Positions 54,593 through 64,000 of a DNA stretch of 64,000 nt are shown here, in pieces (the stretch's first letter is position 1; each line of letters starts with the position of its first letter). Below the pieces are notes generated by a model. The model did not search any database and had not been told where the DNA came from. It was given only the letters and a program-made list of their open reading frames with translations. The DNA is from Eledone cirrhosa (lineage: Eukaryota): the NCBI GenBank assembly GCA_964016885.1, contig OZ024743.1:87482001-87546000 (forward strand). Direction: 5' to 3'. Both the position numbers and the translations under genes were made by a program.

Positions 54593-57500
54593 TTATCTCC
54601 AGCCTGTATTGGTTGGCCACTGGTGTAAGAGGGAGTTTGTTGCTGCTACCCTTAGGTTTCCCTCGTGCCTTGCTGTGGGCTCATCCGGGATCCTGGATAG
54701 CAAGGTGTCGAGATGTTTCTTGAAGACATCCACCTCCACACCATGCAGATCTCTCAGATCCCTCGGCAGCTTGTTGAAGAGTTGAGGGCCCTTGAATCCC
54801 AGGCTATTGCAATATCTGCTCCTTATTCTAGATGTGAAAGACGGGACCTTTGGCACCACACAGTGACGTCCTGTTCGACGGTTGGTCCTGCTTCCAATGC
54901 CAAAGTTTGGTGCTAGTCCATCCAGGATTTTCCACATGTAGATCACTGCGTATCTCTCCCGTCTTCGCTCCAAGGAGTAGAGGTTCAGTTCTTTTAGCAT
55001 CTCCCAGTAGTTTATCTCCATCGTGGCAATCCTCTTGGTGTAGCTTCGTTGGATTGCCTCAAGCTCCGTGGTTAGTTTGACACTATGGGGTGACCACAAT
55101 TGGGAGCAATAGTCCAGGCGGCTTAGGACAAATGTCCTCCATAGTGTCAACATGGTGTCACGGTCTCTTGTCCGGAAAGCCCGCAAGATCCAGCCAGCGA
55201 GTCGTCAGTACATTGTCGCCATTTTCATGATGTGTGAGGAAAAAGATGCATCATCGCTCATGTCTATACCCAGGTCTCGTATCGATTTTGACACGGAGAT
55301 ATCGGCCCCTCCTGGTCCTGCGTAGCTGTGTTGTGTTGTATTTGTGTTTGTAGGTTTGTATTGTAGGGCTTGGAATTTGCCAGCATTAAACTGCATGTTG
55401 TTTTCTTCCGCCCATTTGTATATGGCATCCAGATCTTGTAAAAGGGCAGCGTCAGCCGGGTTTTTGATTGCCTGTGCTACCTTAGTGTCATCAGCATAGC
55501 TAGTGTGGGATGTTGCTGTATGTACTACAGAGGGCATGTCTGAGAGAGCCACCAAAAACAGTAGTGGTCCCAGGACTGTCCCTTGGGGCACCCCACTTGT
55601 TATTGATGTTTCCTTTGAGAGGGCTCCGTTGGCTGCGACTGTCTGGCTTCTGTCCTTTAAAAAGTTATGCAGCCACTCACCTACTTTTCCAGTTATGCCG
55701 AGTCCGTGTAGTTTGTGACATATCATTCCGTGGTTGACCTTGTCAAAGGCCTTCGCAAAGTCAACATATATCACGTCCACATGTGAGCTATCTAGCAGTT
55801 GTTTCAGTACCCAGTTGTAGTGATGTAGCAGCTGTGTAAGGCAGCTTCTTCTTGGGCGGAAGCCATGCTGCATGTTAATCAGGCGGTCATTTTCCTCGAG
55901 GAAAGTGATCAGTTTCTTTCTGACGACTCGCTCCATGACCTTACTGATATGCAAAGTTAGGGAGACTGGCCTATAGTTTTTGGCCTCCGCTCTGCTACCT
56001 CCTTTATGGATAGGGCATATTGTGCCTTCTTTCAGCTCCCTGGGTAGTATACCGCTAGCCAAGGAGCTTCTGAAGAGCATCTTCAGTGGAGTTGCTAAGG
56101 CCCGCTTACATGTTTTTAAGAGGACTGCTGGGAATCCATCAGGTCCAGCAGCTGAGTCTGTTCTAATTTCAACTATGGCGTATACCACATCCTCCTCCGT
56201 TACGTCTATGTGGTTGATGGTCGCCATTTCTTCATGTAGTGTTGTTGCATCAAAGAACTCCCCTGGCTTTGTTATTTGCATGTGCCTCAGTGGACATGTG
56301 AACACACTTTTGTACTGTTCGTTCAGTGTTTCACATATTTCTTGGGGATTCTCGGTTAATGAACCGTCTGTATGGAAAAGTGGCCCAATCTTGCAGTGTA
56401 TCGAGGCAGTTTCTTTTGCAAATTTAAAGAAAGCCTTAGGGTTTGTTTTAATATTTTCTATGGCCCTGCTTTCTTTCTTTGCCCTCTCATTTTCATGGGA
56501 AAGTTTGAGTGCAATCTCGGTGTCAAGTAGTGCACGTTTCAAATAGAGGTCCTTCTTGTTTTTGTTTTCTTGTTGTGCATTCAACTGGTTTGAGAGCTTG
56601 GTCCTGCGTCTCATAAGGATTTCCCTATCTCTGGGAATAAGATTTTTGTGTCTGTTTGCCTTTTTCTCCGGGACAAACGTTTTGCATATAGTGTGTATCG
56701 TTGTCATGAAGTGTTGAAATTGTGTGTTGGTGTCTTGTGTGGCGGTGTTTTCGCTCAATATTTGCTTACGGACTTCTCTCTTAATCTTTTTCCAGTTAGC
56801 CTTGTAGAAGTTAAGGCTGGATAACGTTCCGGTGCTTCTTGATGGTTGTGTCTCTGTTGGTTCTCTCGGACCACATATCATTAGTTCTACTAAGTTATGA
56901 TCCGAGAAAATTGTTGATGTCACCTTTACATTGTGGATGAGCGCTTCGTTGTTTGTAAAACAGAGGTCCAGGACATTTCTTGTTGGGAGGAGTACTGCTT
57001 GTTCCATGAACAGCCTATGTGTGAGGGCCAGCAGGGATTCCATCTGTCTCTGTTCTATTGACGTCATTCCAGAGAGGAGGTGGCCCTCAGGCCATTTGAC
57101 CTTTGGCAGGTTGAAGTCTCCCAGCAGTAGAATGTTGAGACCCTGCTCCAAGGACCTCTTCTATCCTACTGAGGCTATCCTCAAATTTACCCTCATGATT
57201 GGGGGCATCGGGCGGCCGATATGTGACACATATTACTGTCTGTAGTTGCTTCATAAGTACTATCAGTGTGTCACAGACTGAGTTTGAATGTGTCAACAGT
57301 ACAATTGGTGTGACATCTTCACGGATATACAGAGCAACCCCACCATGAGTTCTCTCCTTCCTGTCCGAACGAAATACAGTATATTTCGGTATATGTATTT
57401 CTGCATCTGCTATACTGCTTGTCAGGTGCGTTTCAGTTAGTGCCATGCATAATGCTTGATTGCTTATGGCTAAGTCTCCCAGGTAGGAAATTTTACTCAT

Positions 57501-57611
57501 GTTAGTGAGTTTCACCAGGCCTCTGACATTCAGCAGCAGCACTGGTGTGATTTTTGGGGTACCAGCAATGGCTGTCGGTATGACACCTGACCTGGTGTCA
57601 GCGGCGACCAC
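54593..57611 (-). pseudogene. CR1 ORF2 broken by two frameshifts (~57150 and ~55205)
   Basis: ORFs 57087-57611, 55205-57151 and 54593-55186 are consecutive parts of one APE-RT protein. Confidence 0.93.
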
Positions 57612-58110
57612 TCTGGGTCCCTTAATTGTGGTGGTCTCGAGTGTTGGTGTGGGTGACCCTGGCTCTGAAAATGATACAGCCAGGTCAGCTGTCCCACAAT
57701 CTTTTCTGCCATCACTAAAAAATGTTTCTGCTCTGCTGCTGCCATCTGCATTTCGTCGGCATGTGCGTGCCTTCTCTTTGTTGGCGCGGCACGCGCGACA
57801 TCAGCATACTTCTGGAGCGGCTTGTTTTGGCTTTTGCTGGGGCATGTTGCGCGAGTAGGATGCGCATAGTTCGTTTGGGGCCTGGGGTGAACGAATCTGC
57901 AGCCCATCCCTGTCTCTCCACGCCAGCAGGTCTCATTCCTGAAGAACTTGCACATTACCTGGGTTTTCTTGCTCCAGTGTCTCGGTGCTTTCTGGTCCCT
58001 CTGTGCTTGGTTCTTCTTCGGAAGGTGATTTCGCTTCTCACCTTTACCGTTTGCTTGTTGGTTGCCTGGCCTGCCCTCCCTGACTGTGGCGGAAGGTATC
58101 TCATTTTCTT
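57530..58110 (-). CDS. CR1 ORF1 C-terminal part with CCCH-type finger
   Basis: Frame open from ~58110; CKFFRNETCWRGETGMGCRFVH (C-x7-C-x8-C-x3-H). Confidence 0.7.
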
Positions 58111-58139
58111 ATATATTTTATATATATTTTATACTTTCC

Positions 58140-58524
58140 TTATGCATATTAACGGCTGAGCAACCTAATTTGCATATCAAGTGAGTTAGTCGGCCGGGCG
58201 CACCGAAAACCGTAATTCTCGCACCAAAAACGTAATTCGGGCTGTTTGTTTACAAACAAACCGAACATTATAATAAATGTTCGGTAAACCCATACGTACA
58301 TATATATATATGTGTGCATGTATGTATATATATACATACTACTGTACGTCTGTATACATATATGTATGTACGTATACATACATACTTACGTTTAAGTATC
58401 AGCCGTACTAAGAGTGAGAAATGAAATTTCGTTTCATTCTTTTCCATTTATCGTTTTTGGTGCGCCTGGCCGACTAACTCACTCGATATGCAAATTAGGC
58501 TGCTCAGCCGTTAATATGCATAAG
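58140..58524. mobile_element. MITE-like element with ~70-bp terminal inverted repeats
   Basis: cttatgcatattaacggctgagca...gcgcacc / ggtgcgcc...agccgttaatatgcataag; no clear TSD. Confidence 0.6.
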
Positions 58525-58754
58525 TAATGTATATACTTTCAGACGTTCAATCATCTGGCAGGAAGGTATACGATGCTGACAAGCTAATAAGCTTGAAACT
58601 AGTGTATCGTTCCTTTGTCAGTGTTGAACAAAAAGGCGACGATGGTGTCTTGAACACTGTACGGCGTAATTCGGGCTGTTTGTTTACAAACAAACCGAAC
58701 ATTATAATAAACGTATACATACATACATACTTATATCTCTATATATATATAGAT

Positions 58755-58887
58755 AATTTAATATATCTACTAACATAAGCGCACAGATGTACGCTAATGC
58801 CAGCAAATACACAGGTTATGTCATAACCTGTGTATTTGCTGGCATTAGCGTACATCTGTGCGCTTATGTTAGTAGATATATTAAATT
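58755..58887. repeat. Perfect palindrome, 66-bp arms, 1-nt loop
   Basis: ...acacaggttatg t cataacctgtgt... Confidence 0.97.
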
Positions 58888-59189
58888 GATATATTAAATT
58901 ATCTATATTTATCTCCAAATCACTGATTTGTCGAGCAAACCTGCCAAAACCACTTCTAAATTTTTTGGGGGTGTTAGTAGGCGTCTGTCATCTTACCATC
59001 CCATTCCTACTGACTAGCCTCTGTGTCACGTGATTGATTCTTTAGAATCGGCCATATGACCAGTAGCAGTGAGAATTTTCAGTACCTGGAATCCAGTCCT
59101 CGATAGCTGTTCCATTTACCGAATTATTATTATTTTTATATGAGTCCCCAGTGTCTGCGCATTGCCTGGAGACTTGGCTGAGAATAGAC

Positions 59190-59269
59190 CTCCCTGATGA
59201 CGCAATGAAATTCTCAACAGTTCATTACGTAACTGTCTTTATCCCATTGCAGAAACTAATTAGTTGGAG
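59190..59269 (+). ncRNA. Type I hammerhead ribozyme in a pLTR-like element (~58905-59340)
   Basis: ctcc-CTGATGA-cgcaatg...cattgca-GAAAC-TAATTA-GTT-ggag; palindrome AACTAATTAGTT. Confidence 0.82.
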
Positions 59270-59334
59270 TGAAAATTTAAGTAAGTTAATTTTAAAAAAA
59301 AATTTTTTTTTTTTTTAAATTTTCTTATTTTACG

Positions 59335-59380
<46 letters not shown>

Positions 59381-60031
59381 GTAGCCAAACTCATATATGT
59401 ATCTGTGACTATGACTAATTATATACATATATACTTTTGAATTTAATATATACTCCCGTAAGGTTGAGTAAAACTTTAGGCAGTATCTGGCTGTGCTTTC
59501 TAGTAACCAACCTACTCGCTGACTGGCAACTAATCACAACTGTCTGCCTTGACCGCTAGCGACGTGATAGTTCTTAGCCATTTTTGAATTCATTTCTGGC
59601 GGGGATCCGGTAGAAATTTTAGTCCAGACTCGAGGTGTCTCTTGATAAGTTCCAAGCCTCGTGGATAGATCCAGAATCGGGTATATCCGCAGAAAAGGAA
59701 CGAAACTACCGGTAGTCGAGAGTAGAGGAATTTTGGTGAAGTTTATATGCATTTTTTCTTCAAACATCTATTTTATACCTAACGCCGTGTAGTTGATTAT
59801 TTGTCTAGTCAATTTCTACGGGCTAAAAGGAATGTCTAGGTAAATTTTATCTGGCTATCCCTCGCGGAAGTTAGTCTGTATCATTTGTCTATTATTTCTT
59901 CATAGTTACATTTTAAACTTATAGCCACGTTTAAATGATTATTTATGTGGTTGATTTCTACGGACTAGGGTGAAGAAATACTGTATATATTTTATCTAAT
60001 AATTCTTCAAACTTGCAATTTTATATATATA

Positions 60032-63000
60032 TATTTAGGTTTGTTGGTTCACCTCTGGATAGAATTGGTCATTTCGTATGGTCAATCTCGATGTAATATT
60101 ATGGAGAGTACTCAACGTAATGCAGCTCACCCGTCTTCGTTTGTGTAGTTGGTGGTGCGAGTACGGAGTTAATTATTATAATAAAATAACAGGAGGCTGG
60201 ACTTGTGTAAATCCTTGAAAGGTTTATTATACTATGATCATTTCAATGACCGGGTTCCGTATGAATCCGGTGATATCATCAGGTATTCGAAATATAACAA
60301 AGGAATATAACAGATAAAATTCATGGGGCTGAAAATCATAGACAAGAGGACGACCGACCATCTAGCATCTTCTACTTTAGTCGGTCTCCCTCACGTGTTG
60401 GCTATTCGGTCTACTTATGACCATCTGGTGAGGGGGCGGAAGCTTATAATGTACTACTACCTGCCCGTCAAAGAGAAAAAAGAAGAAAGAAAGAAGGAAA
60501 ATCCGCGTTAAGGTCATGCTACAATCAGACTAGAAATTGCCGTTAAAAATGTTTTTCCAAAGAACCTATATCTTAACAGAGGCATATAGTGGGCGTCTGT
60601 ATGGTATAAAGTGTGAACAGAAAATTGGAACGTTAAACTTATGTTTAGAGTTATTGGATGAGATTAAAAAAATTAAAAAATTAAAAAAAGTTTAAGGTTT
60701 GGGTTGTAAGATTTAGTTAAAGAATTTACAGAGACTCTTATATGAAAAGTTTAAGTGTATTATAGAGATTCTCGATAAGTTTTCAGGGTGGGATATAGAG
60801 TAAAGATTAAGCCCTTGTTTAGCAGTCAATAACAGGCGACGACTGCAGACTCCGGCCAGCCCTTCCTAACCACGTGTCAGCCGTTCCGAGTGATATCGTC
60901 TAAAGAAAGAGATGGAAATTGATTTTTCCGAGTACTCTAGGAATGTGACTGTCTTAGGCTTCGGGTGTGCTAGCGGGAAGTCTGCCATTGCCGTTAGGCC
61001 ATCGCTATACCAAACGAATACTATTAATTCACACAGGAGGGGGATTTGTTTACGTGCCAGAAGAGGGGGCCATGATACAGCTAATAGTTATAATTTAACC
61101 TAGAATTTAAAGGTACTATATGGCGGTCAAAACTATTAATGCTCCAGAAATGTTGAGCGCTTTCAGATGTAATAATGAACAGCGGCACTGACTCCAGTGT
61201 ACAGCTATCGACAGCATGGGACTGACTAATCTACTTATCGTTCGGATTTTGGCTGCTCTGTGCTTTGTCTACCGCCCACCTGGTCCAATGCTGCTCCCCT
61301 GTCGGGAATATTCAGACTTCGACAAAATTCTACGGATTATACTGTAACTTGTATTGTATTGACTGAATTCTCTACTCTATACTTCAGGGCCTTTCTGACT
61401 CACACTGAATTCTGAGACTCGAACATACACTAGGTATCGCCTGATACCATTCCATCTCTTCCATCCTCTATATCTATATGTATTATCTAACTACAACTTG
61501 ATCTATATTGTATTTCCCCTGTGTTTTAATTTCTCCGATATGTTCTTATATACTTCCGTTTTACTCCATCACCACCCTAGCTATGACGGCGTTTTATTTA
61601 TGTATTTTTACTTTATTAATGTATTTTTATTAATGTATTTTTATCTTTGTATTCTGCTTTTATTTATTTATGTATTTTTTGCTTATTGTTTCCTTTTATT
61701 TAGGTCACTCGCTTTACTCTCATTATGTACTTATCATTGTACTCATTAGCACACGACACTAGACTATTGCTCTCTGTACACTTATATCTCCCCCTATACA
61801 CCAAAGAACCACACTTCTTATAACCCGGACTAACTGGTGACTTAAGTATAGTCTATTTCCGCATTTCATCGGGTTTTACCACTTTCAACCTCACATCACG
61901 TGTGTGAATATATAATAATCGTTTGGTTAAACGCGATGATCCGACTGATGGTGGCTTTCCCGGCTGCGCGCCTGACGCTCTAGAGCATAAGCCTGCCTTG
62001 AGTGCTTGGAAAAATAAATTTCCCCTTCTTTCGGTAAATGAAATTACTCGGAACGGATTGCTTCGCCCCGAGGCCCGCCGCGCCGCCGGTTCTGACCGCC
62101 ATATAGTACCTTTAAATTCTAGGCTTAATCATAACTATTAGCTGTATCATGGCCCCCTCTTCTGGCACGTAAACAAATCCCCCTCCTGTGTGAATTAATA
62201 GTATTCGTTTGGTATAGCGATGGCCTAACGGCAATGGCAGACTTCCCGCTAGCACACCCGAAGCCTAAGACAGTCACATTCCTAGAGTACTCGGAAAAAT
62301 CAATTTCCATCTCTTTCTTTAGACGATATCACTCGGAACGGCTGACACGTGGTTAGGAAGGGCTGGCCGGAGTCTGCAGTCGTCGCCTGTTATTGACTGC
62401 TAAACAAGGGCTTAATCTTTACTCTATATCCCACCCTGAAAACTTATCGAGAATCTCTATAATACACTTAAACTTTTCATATAAGAGTCTCTGTAAATTC
62501 TTTAACTAAATCTTACAACCCAAACCTTAAACTTTTTTTAATTTTTTAATTTTTTTAATCTAATCCAATAACTCTAAACATAAGTTTAACGTTCCAATTT
62601 TCTGTTCACACTTTATACCATACAGACGCCCACTATATGCCTCTGTTCAGATATAGGTTCTTTGGAAAAACATTTTTCGCGGCAATTTCTAGTCTGATTG
62701 TAGCATGACTATAACGCGGACTTTTCTTCTTTCTTTCTTCTTTTTTCTCTTTGACGGGCAGGTAGTAGTACATTATAAGCTTCCGCCCCCTCACCAGATG
62801 GTCATAAGTAGACTGAATAGCCAACACGTGAGGGAGACCGACTAAAGTAGAAGATGCTAGATGGTCGGTCGTCCTCTTGTCTATGATTTTCAGCGCCATG
62901 GATTTTATCTGTTATATTCATTTGTTATATTTCGAATACCTGATGATATCACCGGATTCATACTGAACCCGTTCATTGAAATGATCATAGTATAATAAAC

Positions 63001-63181
63001 CTTTCAAGGATTTACACAAGTCCAGCCTCCTGTTATTTTATTACAATAATTAACTCCGTACTCGCACCACCAACTACACAAACGAAGACGGGTGAGCTTC
63101 ATTACGTTGAGTACTCTCCATAATATTAAACCTAAATAAATAATGCTCCAGAAATGTTGAGCGCTTTCAGATGTAATAATG
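60032..63181 (+). mobile_element. Non-coding Penelope-like/retrozyme-like element: inverted 1.1-kb copy + 2004-bp unit + 41-bp tail
   Basis: IR arms 60032-61133 / 62088-63138; direct repeat 61137-61177 = 63141-63181; hammerhead in both arms. Confidence 0.78.
62936..62993 (+). ncRNA. Type I hammerhead ribozyme; mirror copy 60229-60286 on minus
   Basis: atac-CTGATGA-tatcaccgg...ccg(g/t)tcatt-GAAA-TGATCA-TA-gtat followed by AATAAA. Confidence 0.8.
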
Positions 63182-64000
63182 TCCAGAAATGGGAGTTGAT
63201 CTTGGCTGTATTCCATTGTGAATTGGATGTGGTTATTGATGCCGTTAATTAAATTTTTGAAATCATTTAGTTGGTCGAGTGTGTGAGACCAAAGAATAAG
63301 ACAATCATCGAGGTAGCGTTTCCAATTCTCTGATAAATATTTGTGGAAGTTCAATCCGTATTTTGATTTGGAGTGTTCATAATCTGGACTTCCAAGTATG
63401 CCATGACCAAGTTAGCATAAGTTGGAGCGACTTTTGTACCCATCGCAGTCTCCGATATTTGCTTGTAAGTATTGCCATCGAAATCAAAAAAGTTGTTCTG
63501 TAAAATAAATGTTAATCCCTCGGTGATGAAGCTTTTTTCTATTCTGCCAGGTATCTCATTGGGATATTTCTCTAGCCAGAATCCTATTGCTTATAGTCCG
63601 TATTGGTGTGGGATCGTTGTGTAGAGATTCACTACATCGAAAGACACAATAATAGTGTCATTGTTGACATGTTTGGGAGGTGGTTTAAGAGGTCCAGATC
63701 GTCTCTTACAAGGCTTGGTATGTGTTTGAGAATTGGTTTTAGTAGTATGTCTATAAAGTTGCTTAGTCTGTGTGTTTCATATTGTGGGCCCGCTACAATT
63801 GGTCTTAATTTAAGGTCAGTGGGGTATTGTGTGTTCACGCAGGTTGAGGTGGTTTCTTCACAGGCATCGTTAATTATTTTACACTTGTGTATTCAAAATG
63901 TGTTAAATAATCGCGTTCGTTTTTAGTTAAGTCTTCCTGGTATCGACAAATGAATGTGTTTAATCTGCTCATCGTTTTTGATTGCTGGAAGTGTTTTACT
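63175..64000 (-). mobile_element. Penelope-like element reverse transcriptase, degraded, continues past window
   Basis: LRPIVAGP, LSNFIDILLKP, DVVNLYTTIPH, Q...TAMGTKVAPTYANLVMAYLE, WKRYLDDCLILW, FTMEYS...LPFLDI; stops and frameshifts. Confidence 0.95.

Larger units (their letters stand above)
54519..58110 (-). mobile_element. Near-complete CR1-group LINE (partial ORF1, APE endonuclease + RT, 3' UTR)
   Basis: NVRGL, LTETHL, GGVALY, YRPP, GDFNLP, LDL, SDHN; GPDG, NYRPVSLT, QHGFR, DFAKAFDKV, SGVPQGTVLGPLLF, YADD, DLGI; LDYCSQLWSP, YSLERRRERY; 3' stem-loop tail next to TA. Confidence 0.96.

Noticed and set aside
60323-62899. Mirror ORF pairs (MEIDFSEY..., MGLKII...)
   Set aside because: Produced by the inverted repeat; short, and one pair differs by frameshift.

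Overview
Repeat-dense, AT-rich eukaryotic DNA riddled with (TA)n/(CA)n/(GA)n microsatellites. The tRNA-derived SINE and the CR1 3' tail resemble repeats I recall from octopod genomes, so the source is probably a cephalopod (inference). No prokaryotic genes, CRISPR or rRNA/tRNA genes, and no confidently identifiable host gene. About 53.7 kb of the window is built from two overlapping recent tandem segmental duplications (1-12141 ~ 14461-27773; 19739-38169 ~ 38844-53670), so the core segment is present three times. Contents: three dead copies of a 5'-truncated CRE-clade retrotransposon, CR1 fragments plus one near-complete CR1, RTE remnants, several Helitrons, SINEs, MITE remnants and a Penelope RT fragment. 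The most notable signal is at least six unrelated families of short non-coding elements carrying type I hammerhead ribozymes (palindromic stem III, often long stem II inserts, two families with a CCGA core). Many are inserted as head-to-head fold-backs in (TA)n tracts, some arms begin at the predicted self-cleavage site, and there is a 2-kb non-coding ribozyme element with an inverted 5' copy and a 41-bp tail. Between the repeats lie decayed, protein-like reading frames of unknown origin. All alignments and folds were done by eye.
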